Assembly: GCF_006345805.1 (NCBI RefSeq)
Contig: NW_021836301.1
Span: 7,186 to 71,185, forward strand
DNA from: Octopus sinensis
Lineage: Eukaryota
DNA: 64,000 bases
Direction: 5' to 3'
Shown: positions 1 through 12,148 of the stretch, one piece after another
Numbering within the stretch: position 1 is the first letter of the stretch
Layout of the letters: every line of letters begins with the position of its first letter
Program-made: the position numbers and the translations under genes
Notes under the pieces: model-generated
The model's input: the letters and a program-made list of their open reading frames with translations, nothing else
What the model was told of the DNA's origin: nothing
The model's database searches: none

Positions 1-29
1 TTCTGTCTATAAAAGAATTATTATATCTA

Positions 30-470
30 CCACTACTACTACTACTATAAGAAGCACAACCAGCAGCCAATAATACCATCATCAAAACCAATGGCATTCA
101 GTTCTACCGTGACCACCACCACATGAACCATTGGTCAGCAGCACCAACCATCACCGACAACCCACGACCACTGACCATCAATTACCAGTACTACTACCAC
201 TATTACCGCCACCGCCGCCATCACCACCGTAATCATAAATCACCGTCACCAACACTACCACTTCTAATCTCCACCATCACCACCATCAACGCCACCACCA
301 CTATCATTCCCAATCACCAGCACCACTATCACTTCCAACCACCACCACCACCACAGCCATCAACATTAACATAAGCAACCACCATCACCACCACTTCCAC
401 AGCTATCAATCATCACCGCCACAAGAACCATCCGACAACACCAACCACAGCAATAATAAATATTGGATCT
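30..470. repeat. CAC/CAT/ACT trinucleotide-rich low-complexity tract
   Basis: Runs of ACT, CAC, CAT and CCG; this explains the His/Thr/Pro-rich ORF 123..374. Confidence 0.8.
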
Positions 471-552
471 GGAGAGCCAATGAGACTGCTTCATTCGGGC
501 AGCTAAAAATAGCACCCAAATCTCTCTCGAATTATCACACTTCCATTTTTTA

Positions 553-940
553 CCTACATACATACATAAATAAATACATACATGATGGCTGCCCCCTCGT
601 TATCGAGTATGGCCATTGCACGAGGCTTAACTGTTATCTGTGCTGTAATCGAATGTGACTTTTTAGCCCAGCTAAAGATCTACAATGTCTTGTACAGAAT
701 TGGCAGCTAAAACCTTTATCGGCAATAGCCGGCTGTAGTTGTAACTGGGCTTCATGTAACTTTGCATGTCGTTTAACTCTTCCTGCCGAATTACACTCTC
801 TTCCACATGCCTGACAGATATGATTAGTATGGTGTGTAACACCACCACCAGTGGCCAGGTTGTCACTCATCTGTCTCGCTTTATGACTACGAAAGTTTTG
901 TCCATTTTCTTGCGGTCTTTCGGTATCTTTTGCTTGCTTG
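553..940 (-). mobile_element. 5'-truncated LINE 3' end (probably RTE clade) with two C2H2 zinc fingers and an (ATGT)n tail
   Basis: The minus-strand frame 634..870 encodes CQACGRECNSAGRVKRHAKLH and CQFCTRHCRSLAGLKSHIRLQH. The second resembles the CxxCGRxCRSRIGLxSH C-terminus of RTE/BovB ORF2. The stop is followed by a short UTR ending GCAGCCATC(ATGT)n. There is no TGEKP linker. Confidence 0.7.
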
Positions 941-945
941 ACTGT

Positions 946-1104
946 GCAGGCGTAGCTGTGTGGTAAGAAGTTTGGTCCATAACCACATTGTTCCTAGTTC
1001 AATTCCACTGCATAGTATTTTGGGAAAGTGTATTCAATTATATTCTCGGACCAACCAAAGTCTTGTGAGTGGATTTGGTAGGCGGAAATTGAAAGCAGCT
1101 CGTC

Positions 1105-1153
<49 letters not shown>

Positions 1154-1273
1154 CGTGCGTGTATATTTGTCCCCCACCATCGCTTGACAACCAATGTTGG
1201 CGTCTTTACGTTCCCATAATATAGCGGTTTGGCAAAAGTCACCGATAGAATAAGTACTAGGCTTACAGATAAT
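946..1273 (+). mobile_element. tRNA-derived SINE, informal family A (diverged)
   Basis: Head GCAGGCGTAGCTGTGTGGTAAG, B-box-like GTTCAATTCC, internal (TG)n and the conserved 3' block CGCTTGACAACC...GATAGAATAAGTACTAGGCTTAC shared with other copies. Confidence 0.85.
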
Positions 1274-2136
1274 ATATATATATGTCGCACGAAACAGCGT
1301 TGGATAAAATATTCGTGGAGTCATGTATAACACGTTTTAGTGTATTCGGATGTCACAAGACCTTTTGCTGTGGAGGTAGACCCGGGGGAAACTCTCCACC
1401 TAGACATGTGCGAAAAACACGTTTCGGGTTGTGAATAACATCATTGGATTGTAGGACATAGGCATTTCTGCGTCGTTCCGCTACGTCAGCTACAAAAACA
1501 ATAGTACTTATCAGCGAGTATACATTTACCGAGCACTTTAGACTTGGTATTTACATGCATCCCTGCTTGGCCGTAGTGAATTTTGCAGGATCAGTCTTTC
1601 TCCCTTGCGCAAAGGCTACATATTTTGATGCCATTATATAATAGTTTTGTGAGAGTTCTCAGAAAGAACAACGGAGATTCCCTTTCTTACTAAAAACTTA
1701 TTAGTTAGTTAAAGCCGTACTGATGTTAAGATATGCTTAAATAATAAATGTTCGACTTGTGTTAGCATTTTCAAACGTATTGTAGTAACATTGGCTTAAG
1801 AAGGTTTTTGTAATTGTAAAGAAATATATGAATTAACTCTATATTCATTTTGTTGAGTACTCGGTACCCGAGCATATCGAACTTTCTAGACGCTATATAA
1901 CTTTACGTGTGTGAGTGTATGGAGAGAGGGGAAGAGAGAGGAGGAGAAAGAGAGTATTTAACCTTAAAAAAAGGCAGTAATTAGATAATTTGGAGTCTTG
2001 ATGAAGGCGATGCGGTAACATTGAGGAGATTGGATATGTTAGGCTGCGGTTACAGGTTACAGCAAACAACAAGAAATCAATTGCTATTGCTGCTGCTACT
2101 ACTACCGCTGCTACCACCACCACCACCAACACCAAA

Positions 2137-2167
<31 letters not shown>

Positions 2168-2544
2168 AATTGAATTACTGTTTTAAGTTCAAATCCAAAC
2201 CGAAAATATTCTTCACGTTTTTTTTTCTTCCATCCGAGCGGGTCGATAAAAAATAAAGAAATAGATTAAATAAGTTAACAACGATGGATCGGTTGACAGT
2301 GTGAAGGAGAAGTGTATGGAGGGGGGGGCGATGCAAAAGTAAGACTTTAGGTGGCGGTATAGATCGCTATAACAATAACAAGAAATCAATTGTTTTCTTA
2401 TTGATGACAATAGTGTAGTTGCTATTGTTATTACCGCGAAATCAAAATGGCGCTTCAGGTTCAAAACCCGTCGATGCTAATAATGCTTTTCATTTTTCTG
2501 TTTTCTTTTTTTTTTTTTAAATCTTTGAAGAATCTCTCAATACG

Positions 2545-2760
2545 GATTCTTCAAGGTGAGCCAAATCACAAGACGGATTTTTCAAGAGGAACCAAACTGC
2601 ATGACAGATTCTTCAAGAGGAACCTAACTGCAAGACAAAATCTTCAAGGGGAACCAAACTACAAGAGAAATTCTTCAAGGGGAAACAAGCTGTAAGACAG
2701 ATTCTTCAAGGGGAACCAAACTGCAAGACAGATTCTTCAAGCTAAGCCAACTGGCAGGAG
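2545..2760 (+). repeat. 31-bp tandem array (7 units) derived from RTE ORF2 sequence
   Basis: GATTCTTCAAG-like anchors at 2545, 2576, 2607, 2638, 2669, 2700 and 2731, exactly 31 bp apart. Confidence 0.9.
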
Positions 2761-2878
2761 ACCTAAGTATAGACCAAGAATAAGATGGTTGGATACTATC
2801 CATAGTCTAATTTGGTCATGCTTGGGAACCCAGCCTGAAGGTCTGATGACGGTGGCACCCTATGGAAGAGATACCTAA
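2726..2878 (+). pseudogene. RTE-clade LINE ORF2 C-terminal remnant
   Basis: Translates as RQILQAKPTGRRPKYRPRIRWLDTIHSLIWSCLGTQPEGLMTVAPYGRDT*, matching the RTE C-terminal pattern G.RP.GRPR.RW.D....L.W..LG. Confidence 0.8.
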
Positions 2879-3641
2879 GTTATCTATCCCCCTGACCCTC
2901 CCAAGAATATTGGGCGAAGAAAATTGATGTTTTTTTTTCTTTTTTTTTGCATTCGAGATTAGGATGAAAGAACGGGTGACTCAAGAAATAAAATAACGGT
3001 AGAATACTAATGCTATTCTTGTTCTTGTTGTCTAGCCCTAGTCGGCTCTGACCGAGCACAAACAAGCCATCATACTGCACGCTTTATTTTCCTTGAATAC
3101 TTGTATTCCGGACTACATTTTTAGGAATGTGCGCGCCTTTGAGAGAGAGACAGGAGAGAATATGTGTGTGTGTGTATTTTAAGATAAGGGCGATTTAGTT
3201 GCTATTTTCTAGAAAGTTCTGACCAACTGTTTATATATAAGTGTATATTGGTTTGCTGGAGAGTCGAGTACTTTGATACCATTATCCCAAATATGCTACG
3301 ACACCTGTAATTTCATCAACCTGGTGCAGATACGAACCACCGCGGCAACAATTCAACCCACACTCACACCTCACCATTGTCACCACCACCACCGCTGCCA
3401 TTATTAAAAGATTGATTAAATGGATTAGTTCAACAGTTAAGAGGATTAAGATCGAGAGAGAGAGAGAGAGATTTTGAGAAAGAGAGAGAACTATTTCGCA
3501 ACAATCACCGTTCCTATAAGTATTTTTTCAAAGACACTGCTTCCAAACAAATCAGGGGAAAAAAGACTAGTAAACATTCTATCAAACACCAAATATAAAC
3601 AAGGGAAAAAAGCAGAGTATTTGTAAAAGAGCTCAGCTTAC

Positions 3642-3758
3642 ACGTGGAGCCAGTGGAAATATATTTCTTAATTGATTTCGTCTCGAATTTGGCTTAAGTG
3701 GGGAGAACATGCACCAAAATTGAAAAGTGGACATAATGTAGAATCTTCTTTTGGAAGT
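3642..3758 (-). other. Candidate spliced exon (117 nt), unverified
   Basis: Acceptor ggtttggcttgttccag| and donor CACGT|gtaagc in unique sequence. The phase-0 frame is open (TSKRRFYIMSTFQFWCMFSPLKPNSRRNQLRNIFPLAPR) but has no recognisable homology. Confidence 0.2.
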
Positions 3759-3914
3759 CTGGAACAAGCCAAACCATGAATCACTGACGGGTTTAATAAC
3801 TGTTATTAGTCATCTAATTAAGGGTTTTATTAGAAACCATACACACCCAAAGGAATGCACGGGATTATATAAAACGTGGAAAGATATGATTCCAACACGA
3901 AGTTTTCAAATCCC

Positions 3915-4655
3915 GAAGAAGCTGACTTTAGCTTTCCTCCTTTCGGGGTCGATAAAATAGTTACCTCCACCCCCATTCCGAAACTGCCGGCCTTACACCA
4001 AAATTTGAAATTATTATTATTGATGGCGAGCTTGCTGAAACGTTAGCGTGTCGGACAAAAATTCTTACATGAATTTCTTTTGACTCTTTACGTTCGGAGT
4101 TCAAATTCCACCGAGGTCGATTTTCGTCCTTCTGGGCTCAATGAAATAAAATACCAGTCAAATACTAGTGTCGTTGATATCGAATAACCCTCTCACCCTA
4201 AGCCTTCTGGTCTTGTGCCAAAATGAGATTATTATTATTATTATTATTACTATTCCGCCGAGGTCGACTTTACTTTTTATCCGTTCGGGGTCGATAAAAT
4301 AAGTACCAGTTGAACACTGGGGGGGGGGGGGTCGATGTAATCGACTTATCCCCTCCCCAAAACTGCTGCCCTTGTGGAAAAATTTGAAGCTGCTGCTGCT
4401 GTCATTATTATTATTATTATTATTATTTAAAGGCGGCGAGCTGGCAGTATTGTTAGCACGCTGGACGGAATGCGTAGTGGTATTTCACCCGTTGCTACGT
4501 TTTGGTTTCAAATTCCGCTGAGGTCGACTTCGCCTTTCATTCTTTCGGGGTCGATGTAATAAGTACCAGTGAAACGCTGTGGACGATGTAATCGACTTGC
4601 CCCCCTCCCCTAAAATTTCAGGCCTCGTGCCTATAGTGGAAAGAATTATTATTGT
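3915..4655 (+). mobile_element. Chain of about 4 family-B SINE copies/fragments, same orientation
   Basis: Repeated GGCGAGCTGGCAG A-box head, GTTCAAATTCCGCCGAGGTCGAC B-box/central domain and CTTTCGGGGTCGAT; each copy ends in (TTA)n. Confidence 0.85.
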
Positions 4656-4789
4656 TAAGAAGACGGATGATGTCAAAATTAGTAGTAATATCAATAATAA
4701 TTTTCTAACGGAGACACAAAACTAAGATAATTTGAGGAACACAATCGTTTAAATCAACCTCGGCCCCTAAACCCGCTATTTTTGACAGG

Positions 4790-4935
4790 TAACTTTATTT
4801 TGACGGTCCTACGAAGCCTAAAAACGTAAGTTCTACACTGTTGGGATTTGAACTCAGAATATAAGCGGTACGTAGCGAAACACTATAACGCATTTCATTC
4901 CCCGACGCTCTACCGATTCTACGAAGGATGTTGAT
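4790..4935 (-). mobile_element. Family-B SINE 5' fragment
   Basis: Reverse complement of the B head (GGATTTGAACTCAGAA...CATTTC...CCCGACGCTCTACCGATTCT). Confidence 0.65.
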
Positions 4936-4952
4936 GATGAAGTCACACAGAA

Positions 4953-5114
4953 GCAGGAGTGGCTGTGTGGTAAGTAGCTTGCTTACCAACCACATGGTTC
5001 CGGGTTCAGTCCCACTGCGTGGCACCTTGGGCAAGTGTCTTCTGCTATAGCCCCGGGCCGACCAATGCCTTGTGAGTGGATTTGGGAGACGGAAACTGAA
5101 AGAAGCCTGTCGTA

Positions 5115-5156
<42 letters not shown>

Positions 5157-5379
5157 GTATGTGTGTGTTTGTGTGTCTGTGTTTGTCCCCCTAGCATTGC
5201 TTGACAACCGATGCTGGTGTGTTTAGGTCCCCGTTACTTAGCGGTTCGGCAAAAGAGACCGATAGAATAAGTACTGGGCTTACAAAGAATAAGTCCCGGG
5301 GGTCGAGTTGCTCGATTAAAGGCGGTGCTCCAGCATGGCCGCAATCAAATGACTGAAACAAGTAAAAGAGTAAAGAGTA
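4953..5379 (+). mobile_element. Family-A SINE, full length, low divergence
   Basis: GCAGGAGTGGCTGTGTGGTAAG, GGGTTCAGTCCC, CORE-like CCTTGGGCAAGT, internal (TA)n/(TG)n and the 3' end GACTGAAACAAGTAAAAGAGTAAAGAG. Confidence 0.9.
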
Positions 5380-5754
5380 TACGCATACATATATTTATTT
5401 ATACGCACGCACGACTATTTCAAAACCACCGCCGAAATCATCAAAAGGAACGATTATAACAACTTTAACGAAAGTAATGCTTAGAAAATCAATCAGGAGG
5501 TTTTATGACTGGCGAGCTGGGGGTAAGAAGCATGGTCGTTAAAATAGCCAGGTTATTACTGCTGTTGCTATGGGCTAACTAACCCTCTTGCACAGCAACC
5601 TATATTAATAACAACAAGGAAATAACTAGAGGTCATCCTGTTATCGGAATTTATGCTAGTGTAACGCTCTTTATTCTAACCGAAATAATCTGAAGTGCAC
5701 GAAACAAATATAAAAAGCAAAAATACACAAAAAGAAGAATTTTGACAAACAAGC

Positions 5755-6325
5755 ACAGGTGTGGCTGTTGCGGTAAGAAATTTGCTTCCCAACCGCATGG
5801 TTCCGGGTTCAGTACCACTGTGTGGTACCTTGGGCGACTGTCATCTGCTATAGCCTGGAGCCAATCAAGGCCTTGTCAGTGGATTTGGTAGACGGAAACT
5901 GAAAGAAGCCCGTTGTATATGTATGTATATATGAATGTGTGTGTGTGTGTGTGTGTGCCTTTTATATATGTTTGTCCCCACCATCGCTTGACAACCGGCG
6001 CTGGTGTGTTTACGTCCTAGTAACTAAACAGCTTGGCGAAAAAGAGCGATAGAATATGTACCAGGCTTTAAAAATAAGTACTTGTGGTCGATTCATTCGA
6101 CTAAAAATTCTTCAAGACGGTGCCCCTGCATGGCCGAAGTACAATGACTGAAATAAGTAAAAGATAAACACAAACCTCTAAACTCTTTATGTGACTGCGT
6201 GGTTGGTTGAGAGAGATTCCTTCCCCTACCACGTGGCACTTTGGACAAGAGCCCAAGGTTGACCAAAGCCTTGTGAATGGATTTTGGAGATGAAAACTGA
6301 AAGAAACCTGTTGTGTATGCATGCC
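5755..6325 (+). mobile_element. Family-A SINE (5755-6167) followed by a partial A copy (6191-6325)
   Basis: Same diagnostic blocks as 4953-5379. Confidence 0.85.
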
Positions 6326-6401
6326 GATTATATACATGCATATGTGCACATGCACGTTTGTACTTCTTTGTGTTGACATGCAAAGATAGGTATAAAAGAG
6401 C

Positions 6402-6606
6402 GAGCTGGCAGAAACGTTAGAACGCCGTATTTCGTCTGTCGTTACGTTCTGAGTTCAAATTCCGTCGAGGTCGAATTTGCCTTTCATCCTTTCGGGGTCG
6501 ATTAAATAAGTACCAGTTACGCACTGGGGTCGATATAATCGACTTAATAACTATGCCTGTCCTTGTTTGTCCCCTCTGTGTTTAGCCCCTTGTGGGTAAT
6601 AAAGAA
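6402..6606 (+). mobile_element. Family-B SINE with 16-bp target-site duplication
   Basis: ATAGGTATAAAAGAGC at 6386-6401 and 6607-6622 flanks the element. The tail variant ends CCCTTGTGGGTAATAAAGAA. Confidence 0.9.
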
Positions 6607-7232
6607 ATAGGTATAAAAGAGCTTCACCACCATAGAAGAGGAATCCCTCGCTGCTAGTCTTGCGATTCTTTCCTACGGTATTCTAAATCAAATATCCATA
6701 ATACCGGAGCTGTGGTCACACTTGCTTCTTTTTCTTCTATTTTCTGAAGACATTAGGTAGCGATCTGAGGGAAATTTGACTGCTATTTTTTGTAGTCGAT
6801 CGACCAAGTAAGAACAAAACAGCCACTTTGGTTTTCAGGTTGACTAAACTTCTCTTGGTTTTTATTCTGGGAGGCGATGAATGGAAGAATGAATAAGAGA
6901 CTCAAACAAAGTGCTCGGTGATATTATAATTATTATTTTGTATGTGTAAAAAAAAAATCTTTCCACCTTTTTCACGCACCCTTGAACATTTACAGTGTCA
7001 TATCTGAAATCATCCAAGCGTCGAGGGGACTCCATTAATAAACTAGCAAAACTCACAAGTGACTACTCCTTGTGTCTCCATTTCACATTGGTATGCGTTG
7101 TTCAGACTAAATCCAGCACAAAATATGTGGATGAAGACGTAAATCATTTTTTCTTTCCGGTTTGATTTTCAAAGCCTCAACCAGCTCGTCTTTGCAATAC
7201 CTCCTCCTACCTGGTCTGATGGATGAATAAAT

Positions 7233-7715
7233 TGAGCTTAAATTTGTAAATTGAGACATAAATCCAGAAATTCTGAGGGGACGGAATAAGCTGATAACAT
7301 AGACCGACCCCTTTATTTTATCGACGCCGGAAAGATGAAAGATAATGCTGACCTCGGTGGGATTTGAACTCACTGCATTTTGAACGAGACATAAAGCCAG
7401 AAATTCTGAGGGGACGGAATAAGCTGATAACATAGACCGACCCCTTTATTTTATCGACGCCGGAGAGATGAAAGATAATGCTGACTTCGGTGGGATTTGA
7501 ACTCACTGCATTTTGAACGAGACATAAAGCCAGAAATTCTGAGGGGACGGAATAAGCTGATAACATAGACCGACCCCTTTATTTTATCGACGCCGGAGAG
7601 ACGAAAGATAATGCTGACCTCGGTGGGGTTTGAACTCACTGCATTTTGAACGAGAACAAGTACCGCTAAGCATTCTTTCCGACGCTCAAACGATTCTTCC
7701 AGCTCGCTGCCTAAT
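7233..7715 (-). mobile_element. Family-B SINE with an internal 133-bp segment triplicated in tandem
   Basis: AGAAATTCTGAG anchors at 7266, 7399 and 7532 (period 133) with near-identical units; the B head is completed at about 7655-7715. Confidence 0.9.
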
Positions 7716-7754
7716 CACTGCTTAGGTTAGAAACTGTTCTCTGACTTAATTTCA

Positions 7755-7985
7755 TAAATGGTTTCAAATTTTGGCACAAGGCCAGCAATTCTAGGGAAGG
7801 GTTTAAGTCAACACTGACACTAAACCCCAGGGATCAGCTCGTACTTCATTTTATCGACCCCGAAAGAACGAAAGGCAAAAATCGATCAGGGTGGAATTTG
7901 AACCTCAGAACATAAAAAGGTACAAGAAATGTCATAATTCACTTTGTGCGAGGCGCTAACGGTTCTGCCAACTTGCCCACTTTCT
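7755..7985 (-). mobile_element. Family-B SINE (diverged)
   Basis: GGCACAAGGCCAGCAATT tail, TTTATCGACCCCGAAAGAACGAAAGGC and GGAATTTGAACCTCAGAAC. Confidence 0.75.
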
Positions 7986-8479
7986 TAATTGCTATAAATG
8001 AAATATATTCCATAAGTTTAGCAGAAATGCAATCCATTGTAAATCCGTAGTGATGACCTGTTTCTCATAACAATCAGAATATACATACATTATACATATA
8101 CACACATTCGTTCTGAAATGTGCAGTAGGGGACGCCACTTCAACAGCTGGCTGACGTGAAGCCGCGTAAAGCTACGTTGATACCACAATGGAATTTTTGG
8201 ATCCGGTTGGCTCCATACCAAAGCAAGCTATTGTCCGCTTGTCAACGAATACAAGTCACCAAGCTAAAACCAAGGGACAGCTGCAACCATCCCAATATGT
8301 CACATCAATTTTCCGTTTTTTTTTTTTCCGTTTTTTTTTCTTCTTTTATTGTTGGCTGAGAATGGTTTATTCTTTGTGCTAGCAGTCTGGCATTTTCCTT
8401 TCATCTACTTGAGACATATCCATGATTTATACATGTACGTACATACGTATTTATGTATGAATGTGTGTGTGTGTGTGTG

Positions 8480-8640
8480 TAGAGGTGGGGGGTAAGAGCT
8501 CACTATACAAATACGTGGACTTGAGTTCAGTCCCACCGCGCGACAACTTGGGCAAGTGTCTTCTGCTATAGCTCGAGACCGTCCAATGTCTCGCAAGTCA
8601 ATTTGGTAGACGGGAACTGTGTGGAAACTTGTCATATATT
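8480..8640 (+). mobile_element. Family-A SINE 5' half
   Basis: GAGTTCAGTCCCACC...ACTTGGGCAAGTGTCTTCTGCTATAGC...TTTGGTAGACGGGAACTG. Confidence 0.75.
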
Positions 8641-8650
8641 TTATAATGCT

Positions 8651-8689
<39 letters not shown>

Positions 8690-8702
8690 ACCCACACACA
8701 TC

Positions 8703-8882
8703 GCCATGATCGACCGCTAGCTACTAAAGCATTTTTTATTCTCCGTTTATTTTCTCGTGTTCCTTTCTGTTGAAGAGCATAGGCTCGAAACGTAAAAGAC
8801 TTTCTCACCTTCCCGAGCGTTAAACTAATACACCTGTTTGCTGTATACACACCTGTCTTCGTCTTTTGTTTTTATAAATTCC
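8703..8882 (+). mobile_element. Family-D short repeat (Penelope-like LTR-type remnant) between (CA)n and (TA)n
   Basis: Homologous to 16765-16955 and 59270-59415; contains a hammerhead-like fold. Confidence 0.7.
8763..8798 (+). ncRNA. Minimal type I hammerhead-ribozyme-like motif (family D, A6U core variant)
   Basis: CTTT|CTGTTGA|A|GAGC-ATAG-GCTC|GAA|AC-GT|A|AAAG: 4-bp stem I, 4-bp stem II, loop-less palindromic ACGU stem III and a GUA cleavage triplet. Confidence 0.6.
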
Positions 8883-9210
8883 TATATATATATATATATA
8901 TTGTAATAATAATAATAATCCTGGGATGGATTTTATAAATATTTTAAGGCATCGCTACGCGTGTTTCAACAAACTGAGCTTAAATTTGTAGTTGAGACAC
9001 AAAGCCAGCAATTCTGAGGGGACGGAATAGGTTGATAAGTTCCACGCAAGGATTATTACTATTATTACTATAATTATCCTACATAATATCGGCACAGCTC
9101 GGTGCCACCCCAAAAGACTGGTATGGCCGGTTGGCACCATTAGGCTGTAGCTGGCATAATGTAAGCTTTTATAGGTATATTCAAAACGCTTCCATAAACG
9201 AACTTAAATG

Positions 9211-9242
<32 letters not shown>

Positions 9243-9497
9243 GAGATACAGATAAGGAAATAATTTTATTCTCAAACGCAGGATAATGCTAATAATATAG
9301 CGTGAACAGGATAAACTATCCATATTTTGCAGAAAAATCTGTCGGCGGCCAGCCATGGGTCTCGAACTCGCATTCCTGTGATTACGCATCAAAAATAAAA
9401 TTATTTCCTTATCTTTATCTTGCAATACATCTCGACGCTTCTAAAGCAAACCTTGTTGACTTTGAACGCAAGTTGAATTTAAAATATATATATATAT

Positions 9498-9534
<37 letters not shown>

Positions 9535-9989
9535 GCATACAGAGAGAGAGTGTGTATGTATTAGCGTGTATTTTGTTTCTATGTCGAGTTATAATAAAGA
9601 CAATTTTACTTTAAACTGAAGGATTATTCAATACTTTTGGTAGTGCACGTACAGGTATTTTATTATTCATTAACAAGAAATAACGTTGACAGCGACTTCC
9701 AAGTCTCGGCTTGCGTAGGCATAGATAGACAGATACGCATGCGCGAGCGCGCGCACACACACATACACACACGTTCTCGAATTTCATAACTGCCGTATCG
9801 ACAACCATCTTGTTTCAGGGGGCGATCGAAATACAATTCAATACAAGACACTTGGAAAATATATTGAGTCAAGATGGCAGTATTTCAATTTCAAACAAGA
9901 CAGTTTCTGCACAGCCAAGCAGCTCCGACTGTGAATTCATAGTTTAAGTTTAGGGTATATAGCCTAAAGGTGAAGGGTTAAGATGCTGG

Positions 9990-10074
9990 CCGCTTTTGTG
10001 GGTACCTGTGGACCGCAAAAGTCAACTGTCACCGACATATAATACATACATATGTGTGTATATATATAATATAT

Positions 10075-10106
<32 letters not shown>

Positions 10107-10145
10107 CATACATGCACACATACAGACATATTTACATATACATGC

Positions 10146-10192
<47 letters not shown>

Positions 10193-10267
10193 CATACATA
10201 CAGACACATATATTTACATATACATGTATATATATATACTTACAGACACATATTTACATATACATGC

Positions 10268-10298
<31 letters not shown>

Positions 10299-10450
10299 CA
10301 TACATACAGACACATATTTATATATGCATATAAATATATATATATACATATATATACATGCAGTCACACACACAAACATACAATTCTCAAATATACAGAC
10401 ACGTTAGTATACGTATACATATATATATAATATATATATATACTCACACA
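9990..10450. repeat. Compound (TA)n/(CATA)n microsatellite with a higher-order unit (ACAGACACATATTTACATATACATG)
   Basis: The unit recurs about 4 times, separated by variable (TA)n. Confidence 0.85.
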
Positions 10451-12107
10451 TATACACATCTCTATACAGAAAAATATCCTAGCACAAACACTAAAGAAAT
10501 TCTGCCGGTGTATAATTACCAACAAGACATAAATCAAGTGTTTACAGAATAAACTCGGGTATGGGTGGACAGATATTTCGGGTGGATGTCAGCAAAATGT
10601 GGAGAGGACGGAGCATGCGACTTGAAAAATAATGGCTTGGCTGTGCTCCTGAAGACGTTCCAGAGCGTTATTTATCCTCTCTACGCCCAGTCTCTGCCAC
10701 TCAGTACCCCGTTCTCACCCACCGTTGCTCATCGGGTGTTTACAAGTATCTGAAGATTTGTCTATGGGCATGTGTGTTTATTTGTGTAAGTGTGTGTGTG
10801 CGCACGGGGCGTGGTTGTTTGTATATGTGTGTGTGTATGGATATATGCATATGCTAGCTAGCTCTATGTGCTTGAATTTGTGTGTGTATGCTACATATGT
10901 ACTGTGTATATATACACACACATGTTGGGTATGTATGTGTGTATAAGTTACGCATGTATGCCGTGTATGTGTATTAATAATTGTTTGTGTGTGTGTGTGT
11001 ATGAGAGTATGTGTTCATGTGTGCTCTCATCTGAAATGGTAGGCTAGAACTAGAAAGAGAGACAATACGGTATGCAATATATATTTGCATGTGTTTTCTA
11101 ACATGTGTGTATACGCGTCTGGCTATATATACAGAACTAGCTATATAGCCACACACACACACACACAAACAAACAGATATGGCGGCCGTAGAAACGAGCA
11201 GAAGTGTGTCGTCTGGGTACAAGAAGAGACGATATATTTAAACACACGGACCGGAGTCTTTCACAAATTACAAATCGATCAATCACTCAAGAAGTTTTAA
11301 TATGGATTGTTAAATTTTCTCTCCTCTTAACCTCCATCCTCTCGTCTTCTCTCTCTCTCTCTTTTCTTTTCTCCATTCTTTTCGCTATTTTTCTGGGTTT
11401 TTCTAAAAATATTTTATGATTGTTTCCCCATCTTGCTTTTCTTTCTTTCTTTTTTTTTTTTTTTTGCATTTGAAGTTTATTTTTTAAAATTCTTATGAAA
11501 TGTTTCTCTTAAAGTTTTATTACCAAGCGGACCATAGAAATATAAGAGAAGAGAAGGAAAGAGCGAGCGTACAAGCATGGAGGGATGGGTGGGTATAGAG
11601 AGAGAGCAAGCGGAAGAGAGAGAGAGAGAGTGAGAAAGCGGTAGAGAGATGGCGAAAGAGTAAAGGAGATGGGCAGACGGTGAGAGAGGGAGAGACAGAG
11701 ACAGTCACAATGGTAGAGAGAGTGTGTGAGGGAGAGAAAGAGAAAGCGGAAGAGAGTATGTGAGAAAGCAAGAGAGATACATAACGAGAAAGAACGAAAA
11801 AGACTAAGATAGCGTGAGACAGAGAGAGAGATACGGGAGAGAGAGAGATAGGGGGGATGGGGAGAAGTAATGATAATATGCAGGGCAGTGGTTGGCCGGT
11901 TAAGGTTTTTGTTGGTTGGTTGATTGGGAAAGTGACTGGCAGGAAAAAAATAGATTTGGTGTGGTTCAGGTTTTTTTTGTTGTTGTTTGTGTGTGGTGGG
12001 TTGCTTCAATGTGATACGGTAATGTTGTGTGGCGATTTAAGTTGAGTTTCAGATTTTGTTTGTTCGTTCGTTCGGTTATTGTAATGAAAGCATTGGGGTG
12101 TAATGTA

Positions 12108-12148
<41 letters not shown>

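Noticed and set aside
634-870. Host C2H2 zinc-finger gene
   Set aside because: There is no TGEKP linker or YxC pattern. The frame ends in a retroposon-like short UTR and tetranucleotide tail, and the second finger matches the RTE C-terminal motif.
2545-2760. CRISPR-like regular repeats
   Set aside because: The units are contiguous with no unique spacers, the sequence derives from an RTE ORF, the genome is eukaryotic, and there are no cas genes.
6860-7230. Mariner transposase remnant
   Set aside because: Only vague similarity (EQRI, a TIR-like GGGTGCGTGAAAAA); no alignable DDD-domain motif.
7107-7639. Three similar overlapping ORFs suggesting a repeated protein
   Set aside because: They are produced by the 133-bp SINE triplication.
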